Positions 12,881 to 25,640 are shown, counted from the stretch's first letter. The stretch is DNA of 64,000 bases from Octopus sinensis (GCF_006345805.1 NC_043003.1:48794001-48858000), one strand, 5' to 3'. Numbers and translations are program-made. The notes: generated by a model not told the origin, from the letters alone.

Positions 12881-13811
12881 TTTTGGGCAGTTGTTTGAGC
12901 AGGAGCAATGTGAAAGAAAGTGTGCAGATAGGCACATGAGGAAGAGTGGAAGGGCCTGCGGCGAGGGTTGATAATGGGTGGTGGGATGGGAGTGGGTTTG
13001 GGTGGAAGATAGGTTGTGGAGGAGTTTTGACAAAGGACAGAATTATATGTGTGTAAAATAAAATTCTAAAAGTATAATTCCAACCCATGCTAGCATGGAA
13101 AGTGGACGTTAAACGATGATGATGATAATTAATAAAATGAGTTCTTAATTTAAAAGCATTAATTCCTTCATTCTTTTGAGCCATTGCTGTTTTTTAATTG
13201 GGCAGGGAAAGGAGAGAAAGAGGGATGGAGAGCAGAAAGAGAGAGAGACAAAGAGAGTGAGAAAGAGAGAGAAAACAAGTGAAACAGAACATTTAATTTC
13301 AATGAGCTTGTGTCTAATAAGTGACACCAAACAGACTGTGCAACACGTTCATATGCAAAAACTGTGTAGCTATCCCATTTCAGTGTATTGACCAACCGGT
13401 ATCTGTTTCCAAGTAAGATAATATTTCATCATGGCCAGACATGTTTTCTAGAGAAGACTAGAAATGAACTCCCAACGTTTGTAAGGGCATATAGCTATAG
13501 AAACACTGCCAGATCTGTCTGGAGCCTGGCGCAGCCTCCTGGCTTCCCAGACTCCGGTCGAACCGTCCAACCCATGCTAGCATGGAAAACTGACATTAAA
13601 CGATGATGATGATATACATATGTTTAGAGAATAAACATAAAATTTGAGTCAATGACTTTATATAACATCACGCTCCCATTCATTTGATCATATATAAACA
13701 TTACCATGCCCTTCAACATATAAAAGGAATACATATATAAAAGCATAGAAGGTAAAATTTATATATGCACATAAAAATACAAAATATATAAAAAGGCCTA
13801 TTAAAAAAAGG

Positions 13812-13817
13812 TTTATT
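13812..13817 (-). promoter_or_regulatory. Candidate polyadenylation signal AATAAA
   Basis: About 235 nt downstream of the stop at 14053, in a U-rich putative 3' UTR. Confidence 0.4.
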
Positions 13818-14052
13818 CAATCGACTGAAATAAGTAATCAAAAGGAATTACTAAAGAGTGTCAAATGACTAAAAAACTAAAAAAAACCAATCAACTGAAA
13901 AAAGTGTTTAGTTGCCTGAATTAAAAATATGTCAAAATAGTTCGTTTCACAAAAACCATGGTAAGTTGATGTCCAAGAAGCATAAGAGAGTTCCACAAAA
14001 TCAAGTCAGAACACATCTATGTCCATTTCAGGAGTTCACTTCCATGGTCCAA

Positions 14053-14142
14053 TTACGAATTAAAGTGCATCTCAGCAATGACTCCATCATCAGGATGAAC
14101 AGGAATTTCACAATATGGTCGTTCACAAGAGTTACAATATGG
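14053..14142 (-). CDS. Probable terminal coding exon of an unidentified gene (PYCNSCERPYCEIPVHPDDGVIAEMHFNS*)
   Basis: Acceptor ttagtttctgcag, 29 codons plus TAA in phase 0 with a CxxC motif, non-repetitive sequence, downstream AATAAA. Upstream exons were not identified, and a second frame is also open. Confidence 0.5.
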   Translation of the reverse strand, partial: PYCNSCERPYCEIPVHPDDGVIAEMHFNS

Positions 14143-14321
14143 CTGCAGAAACTAATTTAAAGATAATAATCTATAACAAGAACAGGTAGATAGATAGCTA
14201 GATAGTATATATGAGCATCTCTAGACATGCAACTATATGCATGGGAAGACATACATAAGACAAAACATACAAATCTACATGTATACATACATACATACGT
14301 ACATACATACATACATACATA

Positions 14322-14511
14322 GTGGGTGGCACGTAAAAAGCACCCACTACACTCACGGAGTGGTTGGCGTTAGGAAGGGCATCCAGCTGTAGAAACACTG
14401 CCAGATCTGACTAGGCCTGATGAAGCCTTCTGGCTTCACAGACCCCAGTTGAACCGTCCAACCCATGCTAGCATGGAAAACGGACGCTAAACGATGATGA
14501 TGATGATGATG
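14322..14511 (+). mobile_element. RTE-type non-autonomous element, 3' part
   Basis: Same motifs as 4410-4749, with (GAT)n tail. Confidence 0.75.
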
Positions 14512-14532
14512 ATACATACATACATACATACA

Positions 14533-14563
<31 letters not shown>

Positions 14564-14780
14564 GTCTTTGTAAGTAAATACTTTTGTTGCAAAATATTTA
14601 AAATAGTTTTATATACAGTTTCACTATTGTCTCTGAATAATGTACTTCAATAATGCATACTACCTACAGTAAATGTATACTTAAACCACAACCCTTAAAG
14701 ATACATAAATATTCACAAACACGCCCACCAAACACGCAACACATCTACACCACCATAAGATATTGTGTGGGTGATAGGTT

Positions 14781-14828
<48 letters not shown>

Positions 14829-14843
14829 TATACATATATATAT

Positions 14844-14954
14844 CATGTGACCGACCAGGCTATCAGATGTTGCTACACATCGCTGGTCACAATGCGCTTC
14901 GCATTGTTTTAGCCTTCATATGACGCCACCCCGCTGGCTAAGCGAGCAGGCCAA
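14844..14954 (-). mobile_element. Short structured element inserted in (TA)n, copy 1
   Basis: Nearly identical to 37132-37252; (TA)n on both sides. Confidence 0.75.
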
Positions 14955-15010
14955 TATATATATATATATGCATGCATACATACATACATATATATAGATA
15001 GATGCATATA

Positions 15011-15407
15011 TTCTTTTATTCTTTTATTTGGTTCAGTCATTAGACTGTGGCTATGATGGAGCACCACCTTTAGTCAAGCAAATTGACTCCACGACTTTTT
15101 ATTGTAAGCCTAGTACTTAATCTATCGGTCTCTTTTGCCGAAATGTTTAGTTACGGGTATGTAGACAAACTACCATCAGTTGTCAAGTAATGATTGGGGA
15201 ACAAACACAGACACACACACATGTGTGTAGATATATATATATATGATGGGCTTCTTTCAGTTTCCATTTACCAAATCTACTTGCAAGGCTTTGGTCCGCC
15301 CAAGGCTATAGTATAAGTCACTTGCCCAAGGTGCCATGCAGTGGGACAGAACTCAGAACCATGTGGTTTGTAAGCAAGCTACTTATCACACAGTCTCTCC
15401 TGCATCT
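15011..15407 (-). mobile_element. SINE family A
   Basis: Full-length reverse complement with CpG decay. Confidence 0.85.
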
Positions 15408-15431
15408 AATATATATATATGTGTGTGTGTC

Positions 15432-15462
<31 letters not shown>

Positions 15463-15649
15463 ATATTTATATATAACAGCCTCTGTCATATTTAATGAAA
15501 ATTATAGGTTTTCATTTTTGGTTACATATATATATATGTATATACATACATATATATTATTATCTCACTCCCAGCCAAACATGCTGTTACTTATATAAGT
15601 TCAAGTAGTTCTCACAGGAAGAGTCACGATTCTCACCATAACAATATAT

Positions 15650-15680
<31 letters not shown>

Positions 15681-15711
15681 TACTCTTTTACTCTTTTACC
15701 TGTTTCAGCCA

Positions 15712-15947
15712 TCCGTGAGTGTAGTGGGTGCTTTTTACGTGCCACCCACTATGTATGTATGTATGTATGTACGTATGTATGTATGTATACATGTAGATTG
15801 TATGTTTTGTCTTATGATGTCTTCCCATGCATATAGTTGCATGTCTAGAGATGCTCATATATACTATCTAGCTATCTATCTACCTGTTCTTGTTATAGAT
15901 TATTATCTTTAAATTAGTTTCTGCAGCCATATTGTAACTCTTGTGAA
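15712..15947. repeat. Inverted near-identical copy of 14122-14359
   Basis: Reverse complement match, with two 1-nt deletions seen by eye. Confidence 0.9.
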
Positions 15948-16236
15948 TATATATATATATTATATATATATATATATATACTTATATGATATAAAAATGA
16001 GATATGTATGTGTGTATATATATATAAATATGTATATATTATATATATATATATATAATATATATATATATCACACACCACATATACCTGCATATTCAAT
16101 ATATATATAATAAATATATAATACAATATATTTACACACACCACACCCCACTTACATGTAAGGGTAGTCCCTCAATTCATTGAGTCAATTAGTCATGGGA
16201 AAATACATCAAGTTACCTAAATTTACACAACTTTAT

Positions 16237-16273
<37 letters not shown>

Positions 16274-16520
16274 AGACATATATATATATATATGTTGTTT
16301 ACATCCTGGACCGCTTCATTTTAGAAAAACTGCTTTATTGTTTAAACACATAATCGCTCCTCGTGTGTAATCTTCATCTTGCAACAAACAAGCTGTCACA
16401 ATGAAGAATTTAAGGTAATTAATTCAATTATATAATTAACAAAAATTTACTCTCGTATTACAGAGACTTTTGCATTTAATTGTTTTGGTTGTTGAATTTA
16501 TAGCATTTGTACTATTAGTT

Positions 16521-17377
16521 ACTCTCTTTTACTTGTTTCAGTCATTTGACTGCTGGAGCAAATCGAGCAAATCGACCTTTAGTCGAGCAAATCGACCTCA
16601 GGACTTATTCGTTGTAAGCCTAGTACTTATTCTATTGGTCTCTTTTTGCCAAACCGCTAAGTTACGGGGACATAAACACACCAGCATCGGTTGTCAAGCG
16701 ATGTTGGGGGGACAAACACAGACACACAAACATATACACACACACGTACATATATACAAATATATGACAGGCTTCTTTCAGTTTCCATCTACCAAATCCA
16801 CTCATAAGGCTTTGGTCAGATCTAGACAATAGTAGAAGACACTTGGCCAAGGTGCCACGCAGTGGGACTGAACCCAGAACCATGTGGTTCATAAGCATGC
16901 TACTTACCACACAGCCACTCCTACGCCTTTTAGTTTTGCATATTATTATAATGTAAGTATTTAGCTTATATCTGTTTCAGTCATTAGACTGTGGCCATGC
17001 TGCAGCACCTCCTTGAAGAATTTTTAGTCGAATGAATCGACCCCAGTACCTATATGTTCTTTCTTTCCAAGCCAAGCCTTGTACTTGTTCTAACAGTCTC
17101 TTTTGCTGAACTGCTAGTTTATGTGGACATAAACACACTAGCACCTGTCATTAATCAGTGGTGGGAGACAAACACAAAGCCACATATACATACATATATA
17201 AACTTATATGTATGATGGACCTCTTTCAATTTCCATCGACCAAATCCACTTGCAAAGCTTCCATCAGTCTGAGGTTATAGTAGTAAGCACCTGCCCAAGG
17301 TGCCACACAGTGTGACTGAACCCAGAACTATGTAGTTAAGAAGCAAGCTTTCATAACATACAGCCATGTCTATGCCT
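16521..17377 (-). mobile_element. Two tandem SINE family A copies (16521-16927 younger, 16966-17377 older)
   Basis: Family A motifs in reverse complement. Confidence 0.85.
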
Positions 17378-17498
17378 AATGCAAAATTTAATCTAAATAT
17401 TAATAATATATTAAAGCAATGAGGTGGCATAATTGTTAGAGCATCAAACAAAACGCTTAGCAGCATTTCCTAATAAATGTTGATAAAAGTTAATATAT

Positions 17499-17700
17499 GT
17501 AGCTGTGTGGTTAGAAAAGTGCTTTGTAACCACATGGTTTCAGGTCCAGTCCCACTGTGTGCACCTTGGGCAAATGTCTGAGACTGTGGGTAGATTTAGT
17601 AGATAGAAACTGAAAAAAGCCTGTAGTCTGGTGTGTGTGTGTGTGCATGTATATATATAAATGTGTGTGTGTGTTTGTCTGTTTGTCTGTCCTTGTGCCC
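17499..17700 (+). mobile_element. SINE family A, 5' half
   Basis: Head and CORE-like motif; abuts the mariner fragment. Confidence 0.75.
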
Positions 17701-18220
17701 TCAACCAAATATGAACCATTTTGTTGCACAATGCGTCTCCATCTTTCCTTTAACTTGAAAATATCCTCTTCCCAGAATTGAGGTGGTTTCATGGCAAAGA
17801 ATTCATCGCAGTATCTTTTTACGTCATCCAAGGAATTGAAATTTTTACCATTAAGACTATTCTGCAGAGACCTGAATAAGTGGAAATCTGAAGGAGCAAT
17901 ATCTGGTGAATATGGAGGGTGGGGTAACACATCCCAGCCGAGCTGCAGCAATTTTTGTCTAGTTCCCAAAGCACCAAGCGCTGAAAATGAACTTTCTTAT
18001 CTTCTATTTTAAAGGGTTACAGAATTAACACAGGTTATAGGAACATAAACCTTCTTCCACGAAAAGATAGCTTAAACTGTGCTCTAAATGGAGGTGTAGT
18101 CAAATCCTATTTTATGGACTCAACCATGTTTTTAGAACATGGTTGAGTCCATAAAATAGGATTTAAATAAGTCGAAAGGTAAGCTACTATAAATCGGCAC
18201 AAACTTTCCGAATAACCCAA
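17701..18220 (-). pseudogene. Internally deleted mariner (DD34D-type) element
   Basis: 17701-17969 encodes LGWDVLPHPPYSPDIAPSDFHLFRSLQNSLNGKNF...WRRIVQQNGSY. 5' TIR is TA|TTGGGTTATTCGGAAAG at 18220. Confidence 0.9.
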
Positions 18221-20667
18221 TATTTTGGTCACATGCTCTTCCTGTTTGTTAACCCATTTTAGTCACCTTTTATGATATGTAGGAACACAGTATACCTTTT
18301 CTGAAAATAAGATACAAACAATAAGCGAAGTGAAAAACAGTCTGTAGCCTTTATATTTCATTGGTACACACATTTTAATGGACTACGTTGTTGAGGAAGT
18401 ATGTATCTTACTGATAAACACAGCACAACGGTGGTAATAGGATATGAAGTCTGGACGTCTGACAAGCACACACACACACAGCACACATACTTCAGTTGTT
18501 TATTTGAAGCATTTCTTTATTTCTAAAAATTTTTTTCTAGTATAGGCTGAAGGTCTGAAATTTTGTGGAAAGGGCTGTTCTCATACTAAATGACCCCAGT
18601 ATTTGATTGGTAATTTATTTTATTTACTCATGAGAGATAAAAGAGAAGGAAGGTTAATCTTGGTGGGGTTTGAACTCAAGATGTAAAGATTCAGGACAAA
18701 TACTGCAAGTCATTTTTGTCCAACAGTCTAAAGATTCTGCTTGTCCCACACCTTTATTTCTAATAATACATATAATTGTAGAATTATGTCATTTTAAGTA
18801 TTATCTTTTATTGCTTCATCAGAGGAAGAACAATGCTCATGACCTTTTTCAGAACCTTCTAGACTAGCTGGAGGAAGAGAGGAATTATCTACAGACCGGA
18901 GACCCGATCTGAATTCTTGAAACATAATGGATTCTGCTAAAGGCATATATGGGTCAGTTAGAGTTAGTTGCGTTGAACCAGATGACAAATAGATTAATAT
19001 GAAGAATATATTATACTCAATAATCTCAAGCGAACACTGTGTCAGACAAATGGCCTACTGTAGGCATTTGTAAATATTTAATTCAGAGATCTGTTATTGT
19101 TATTTAGAGAGAATTGCAACAGACTGTATGTCCTAGGCTTAGGATTGTGCTATGTTCCTGGGAGAGGGTCCTGACCTTCTATGCTCATTATAAAAGGTTG
19201 CCATAAGAATTAATGACCATGAATGACAGCTTGTTATACATAGCTGATGAAGCATAATAGTAGAAAAATGTGCTCTTCCTGTGGTCCAGTGATATCATTC
19301 ATGGACTTGTGGTGGATTTTCACCTGTTCAGTCTATAAGGAGAATTTCTTCTCTTGATACATCTTGTAAAGTCTATTGTCTTTCCATGTCTGAATGTACA
19401 CAAACATGGTAAATTAGAGTGTGCACAACTTATTCTTATTATCCACAGAAGTTTGAATGAAGGACATTCTCACAGTATGTAGTTATGTTTCTTTACTTTC
19501 TGAGCTCAAATCTCAACAGGTCCAACTTTGTTTTTATTTTTACATTGGCATATATGTATATATATGAATATATATGTGTATATATATATGTATATATGTA
19601 TATATATATATGTGTGTATATGTATATATATATGTGTGTGTGTGTGTGTGTATCAATTAATCATTGTGCTCGTTTTAATTAACTATTCCTTTTTGCCATC
19701 TCCTCCTCATTCTCCTCCTTTACACAATTTGTGGCCTTGTCCCAGTATAAACAAGAACAGTTATGTAGTAAATTCATGTTCCAGAGTGCAATAGGCTGTT
19801 GGAGGCACCATCAAACACATTGTCTTCCTATTGCTTTTTCCAAACTCATGTGGTGGTCATGGTGGTTGTGGTAGGAGGTAAGGGACAGGGAGTTCAACAA
19901 TGCAAACAAGCAACTTATCAGTTTATACAATGATACTATTATTTACTGAAGCACAATGCGTATTCTCATGAGTCTTTGTATCAAGTACACAAGATTGTAG
20001 CTTTTATGGATACAAAATCATTGGTCACTCCATGACCAGATTTTTTATATATATATATATACAAATAGCTAGCTAATATATATATACAAATAGATAGATG
20101 GGTGGATGGATGGATGGACGGATGGACAGATTTATAGATAGATTGATAGATATCAAATTTCCCTGTAATCTTAATCCTGAAGTTTACTCTACTAAACTTG
20201 TAGTGACACTCAAAATCTAGTTGTCAAATTATGAAGTTATTGTCATGTCATAACAATGGCTTATTCATGTGAGAGGCTGAGTTATTATTGGCCAATCAGC
20301 AGCCAAATTTCATGATCAATCTAGATCTTTCTCAACCTTTTCCTCTCAAGAATTACATAGTTCCTAGTTTTTAGCACCAATTTCCAGAGTGTGTGTCAAC
20401 CTGTGAACCAGCTGCACACACTCTCTTGCCTTTGTAATAATGGTTTTCATGACTGTCTGCTCAGCTTGGATATTTTTTATTTATCTGGCTAAAATGAATC
20501 TACTGTGTATATTTTCTCCTCAGTACAGAACTTTTGTAATCAACTAATTATGAATGTCACATAATTAGTCCTTCATATGTGTTGACCTGATGTTGAAAGT
20601 TTATAATTCATTACTAATCACAAGATTTCTTGTACGGTGAAATAGAAGTAGCTTGGTATTGTTTATA

Positions 20668-21214
20668 CAGGATGACTCCGCCCAAAAAACAAACCCCACA
20701 AATCTTTGAATAAAATGACACAGTGGGATAGATCAAGATGAACAGTAGTTCCAGAAAGATGGGGGTCACCCCACATCAAATGATTCCCTAGCCTGGTTGA
20801 GAGAATGATTTCAGGAGAGAATGATCAGCAGGAAGTGTGACATTGAGTGGACACCACATTCACTGGACTTAAACCCCGTGCCCAGATTTTTATCTATGGG
20901 GGTATCTCAAGGATAATGTTTACCAGAACAACCCTCAAATGATTGGTGAACTGAAGGCAGCAATCACAGCTGAAATCAGGGAAATCCCTAAATAGGAATG
21001 TGTTCAAGTAATTGACAATTTTGCACGACGTATGCAAGTGTTTGTGTGATGTATGCCATTTGGAGTATATTCTGAAAAGAACATGACTTTTAGGCATAGG
21101 GAATGATCGTACATAGACTGAAGTTTAAGTCCAGCAAATTTCTTGAAATTTACAGGACCTTTGTTGGATTAAATAAAAATTTTATGGGTTCTGTTTTTTT
21201 GTGGGGTCACTCTA
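20668..21214 (+). pseudogene. Internally deleted Tc1/mariner-superfamily element
   Basis: TIRs CAGGATGACTCC..AAAAAAC / GTTTTTTTGTGGGGTCACTCTA with TA flanks. Decayed FQKDG...WTPHSLDLNP..DFYLWGYLKDNVY. Confidence 0.85.
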
Positions 21215-21439
21215 TATCATTCACACACAACCTCACATACATATAACCAACCAGTGACAAGTTCATCAATAGGGACAGGCTATTAGAAATTACTTTATAT
21301 CGGAGACTGAAAGTTTTACAGATCATATTCCTGAAAATCTATAAATATTCAATTTCCTTGTGACTATATATATATGTACATATGCACATATATATGCATA
21401 TATATATATAAATACATACATATATACATACATATATAT

Positions 21440-21738
21440 CATTTTATTTATGCGCCCTTTTCAAGCCTAACCAGGCTCATGGGCCCGGTTTCCCGGTTTC
21501 TGTGGCGTATGTGCCCCCCCCCCCAGCTGGATGAGATGCCAGTCCATCGCAGCATTACTCAAGAAACAGGAAGAAAGAGTGAGAGAAAGTTAGGGATGAA
21601 AGCATACAACAGGGGTCGCCACCACCCCCTGCTGGAGCCTCATGGAGCTTTAGATGCTTTCGCTCAATAAACACACACAACACCTGGGAATTGAAACCAC
21701 TATCCTCCAACTGTGAATCCATTGCCCTAATCCACAAA

Positions 21739-21740
<2 letters not shown>
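21440..21740 (-). mobile_element. SINE family D
   Basis: Reverse complement shares GAAACCGGGAAACCGG and the central block with 29610-29910 and 50919-51165. Confidence 0.75.
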
Positions 21741-21801
<61 letters not shown>

Positions 21802-21881
21802 ATATATATATATATATATGTACATATACATACATGAGAGTCCCTTCAATAATTTAAAGAAAATATCTATTCTCGTTGTGA

Positions 21882-21917
<36 letters not shown>

Positions 21918-22579
21918 GAGTCCTCTCAGTAAGTTAAAAAAAATATTATCTTTGAAGTTGCTAGGTTAGAACAGTAGAGTACATTAACATAGACATAGGA
22001 AAGTAGACATTCCCTAGACCCACCATAGTTTCAGTTGCTGAGCAATGAATGCATGGCTGAACAGATACACATATGCTTTACTTTATTTATAGACATCACA
22101 AATGAAGGGTCTTTGAAGAAGAGAAGAATATATATATAAAGGTTATATATATATAAGGATTATATAAATATATATATATATATATAAAGATTGTGTATAT
22201 ATACATATATATATATATATGTGTGTGTGTATAAAGATTGTATGTATATATATATATTCATACATGTGTGTGTATGTATTGCTAGCCACTTCCAGTGATG
22301 GAACTTTCGTCTCTTCATAAGTAATTATTTCCTTCCTTTGTGGAAGGACTCTAGTCACTATAATAACTCTTATCAAATCTGTCTGTATGTATGCATGAAT
22401 GTATGTATGTATGTATGCACGCGTGTGTGTGTGCATATGAGTGTGTGTGCCTGTATGTGTGTGTGTATCTGTATGTATGTCTGTATGTATATATGTATGC
22501 ATGCATGAACATGCATACATACATGCATACATATATATACATATGATGATGATGATGATGATATATATATATAAATTTA

Positions 22580-23260
22580 TAAATAAGGATAATATCGATA
22601 TTTAAATATCGATCTTATCAAGTGGCCAGCATGGGAATAAATACCATACAAAGGTAATAATTATTTAAAACTATGAATAAGGGTATCTGAGAGATACCAC
22701 CATGCCGAAATAGCAGTCAAGACCCCGACTCCAAGAGCCACCTTAAATGTTCATATCGCGCCATGAGATAAGACAGAGAGACAAAATAAACTAGTAAAAA
22801 AGATTTTACTGGATAATTCCAAGATCCTGGATTTTTGGCTTTGCTTCCAATATGCTCTGCCTTCATCAGTTGAATATGCCAGATGAGTACATAAATACAA
22901 ATATATATACAGAACACACTTACATATATTTACATATACGAACGTCCTTACATACATATATATGCACGTTAATATATATATATATATATACACACAGATA
23001 TAGATATATAGATATATAGATATTGATACATATAGTCCAACATAGGTCATGTGTCAGCATGTGTATATATAAAGAAATTAACAGAATGAGATAAAAATCC
23101 AAGGTTATAAAGATTTCAGAACATTTATAAATAGAAGGTCTTACAGCTGTTTCTGGGATATTTTATATATACCCTCATTGGAAATGGTGTGAGAAAATGA
23201 TTAAGCAATAGTTATTCTAGATAAGATATGAAAGAGAGAGTGAAGTGGGGGAATGAAAAC
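22580..23260 (-). mobile_element. Penelope-like fragments with decayed HHR motifs
   Basis: Minus CTGATGA-AGGC...GCC-AAAA at about 22820-22873; minus CCAATGA-GGGTATAT..ATATCCC-A-GAAA-CAGCTG-TA at 23139-23185. Confidence 0.5.
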
Positions 23261-23319
23261 ACAGAGACACAAATATATACACACACACACATACACACAC
23301 ACACACACATATATATATA

Positions 23320-23497
23320 AAAGCACCCACTACACTCGTGGAGTGGTTGGCGTTAGGAAGGGCATCCAGCTGTAGAAACTCTGCCAGATCAGACTGAAGC
23401 CTGGTGCAGCCCCTGGCTTCCCAGACCCCGGTTGAACTGTCCAACCCGTGCTAGGGCAGAAAACGGACATTAAACGATGATGATGATGATGATGATG
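23320..23497 (+). mobile_element. RTE-type non-autonomous element, 3' part
   Basis: Family motifs and (GAT)n tail. Confidence 0.75.
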
Positions 23498-23608
23498 ATA
23501 TATAATCAAAATGAGGGTGGAAAAATTGGATATTAAATTAATGACATCAATTTAACACCAGTGGTTTAGCGCATAAAAAACTATTTACTGAATCTCAGTT
23601 TTATATAT

Positions 23609-23664
<56 letters not shown>

Positions 23665-23671
23665 CATATAT

Positions 23672-23823
23672 ACGACAGGCTTTCCATCTACCAAATCCAC
23701 TCACAAGGCTTTGGTTGGCCCGAGGCTCTAGTAGAAGACACTTGCCCAAGGTGCTGCGCAGTGGAACTGAACCTGGAACCATGTGGTTGGTAAGCAAGCT
23801 ACTACCATACAGCCACTTCTACG

Positions 23824-23869
<46 letters not shown>

Positions 23870-24045
23870 ATATATGTATATACATATATACGACAGGCTT
23901 TCCATCTACCAAATCCACTCACAAGGCTTTGGTTGGCCCGAGGCTCTAGTAGAAGACACTTGCCCAAGGTGCTGCGCAGTGGAACTGAACCTGGAACCAT
24001 GTGGTTGGTAAGCAAGCTACTTACCATACAGCCACTTCTACGCCT
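23672..24045 (-). mobile_element. Tandemly duplicated SINE A 5' halves (23672-23826, 23891-24045)
   Basis: The two copies differ by a 1-nt indel and are separated by (TA)n. Confidence 0.85.
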
Positions 24046-24049
24046 ATAT

Positions 24050-24080
<31 letters not shown>

Positions 24081-24081
<1 letters not shown>

Positions 24082-24421
24082 GGCACAGGAGTGGCTGTAA
24101 TGTAAGCAGCTTGCTTACCAACCACATGGTTCTGGGTTCAGTTCCACTGCGTGGCATCTCGGGAAAAGCCTTGTGAGTGGATTTGGTAGATGGAAACTGA
24201 AAGAAGCCCGTCGTATATATATATGTGTGTATGTGTTTTTGTTTGCCCTCCCAACATCACTTGACAACCGATGCTGGTGTGTTTACGTTCCAGTAACTTA
24301 GAATAAGTACTGGGCTTACAAAGAATAAGTCCTAGGGTCGATTTGTTCGACTAAAGGCGGTGCTCCAGCATGGCCACAGTGAAATGACTGAAGCAAATAA
24401 AAGAATAAAAGAATAAAAGAA
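24081..24421 (+). mobile_element. SINE family A with internal deletions
   Basis: Family A motifs. Confidence 0.85.
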
Positions 24422-24863
24422 TACACACATATACAAAGCACACACTCCACACACACATACACAAAAAAACATGCACACACACACACACACATACACATGC
24501 ACACACACATACACATACATACATGCACTTGTTGACATCCAGAGACACATGTGCCACATATATATGATGAATCCTATTCATTTTAAACAAATACTGTTCT
24601 AGCTGCTTGGTCTATAGAACCACCCACACATCAAATTATCATGGTTTTTCTCAATAATGATGGGAAGTACATCAGCACTTCTACGAATACCAGCCCATCT
24701 GACACTACTTCTAGTGATACTTGCTGGGATATTGAAACACATGTTTTAAAATTTCAGAAAAAGAATCAAACCCTTCCCAGGTAATATTATATAAGCTCTT
24801 TTTAAAGTTGTTTCTAAACACCAACAAACTTATTTCTTCCTATTGGCATGAAATTCTCATCAT

Positions 24864-25220
24864 TACCAGCATTGCCTTACTGGTACTTGTGCTGGTAGCA
24901 TGTGAAAAAAAAACATTCGAGTGAGGTCATTGTCAGTGTCGCTGAACTGGCTCCTGTGCAGGTGGCATGTAAAAAACATAATTTGAACGTGGTCGTTGCC
25001 AGTACAGCCTGACTGGCTCCTCGTGCTGTTGGCACGTAAAAGCACCCACTACACTCTCGGAGTGGTTGGCGTTAGGAAGGGCATCCATCTGTAGAAACTC
25101 TGCCAGATCAGATTGGAGCATGGTGAAGCCATCTGGTTCGCCAGTCCTCAGTCAAATCGTCCAATCCATGCCAATATGGAAAGCGGACTTTAAGCGATAA
25201 TGATGATGATGATGATGATG
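24864..25220 (+). mobile_element. RTE-type non-autonomous element
   Basis: Homologous to 4410-4749. Confidence 0.75.
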
Positions 25221-25224
25221 AAAC

Positions 25225-25640
25225 ATGAAATTTTGAGGGATGGGTGCTGATCAATGTCATCAACCCCAGTGGTTCTTATTTTATCAACCCCACTGGTTCT
25301 TATTTTATCAATTCCGAAAGAATGAAAGGCACAGTTGACTTCAATGGAATTTGAACTCAGAATATAGAGCTGAAAGAAATGTTGCTAAGCATTTTGTCCG
25401 GCATGCTAATGATTCTGCTGGTTTATGTTGTCTTAAATTGTTGTGACCCCCTTCGGTCATGAATGACCATGGGATTGCACCTAGAAAGTTACCCTCCGAG
25501 GTACGAGTCTGGGCAAGGTTGTTTATGGAAGACCAGCAGTCACCCATGAATACCAGCCTCCCCTCTCCACGCCACCGATGTTATTCAAGGTAAAGGCAAA
25601 GGCTGATACAGCTTGACACCAGTGACGTCGCAGCTCATTT
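25225..25640 (-). mobile_element. SINE B (25225-25430) and 3' part of SINE C (25440-25640)
   Basis: Reverse complements of families B and C. Confidence 0.75.

Noticed and set aside
14415-14440. CTGATGAAG inside the RTE-type element as a hammerhead core
   Set aside because: There is no GAAA after the stem, and the copy at 23401 reads CTGGTGCAG.
18794-19390. Minus ORF (..LTDPYMPLAESIMFQEF..) and a 66-nt AG-GT segment
   Set aside because: No homology recognised and no convincing join to the 14142 exon.
22594-22613. 20-bp palindrome ATCGATATTTAAATATCGAT with a DRE-like motif
   Set aside because: It lies at the edge of an AT-rich repeat fragment with no promoter context.
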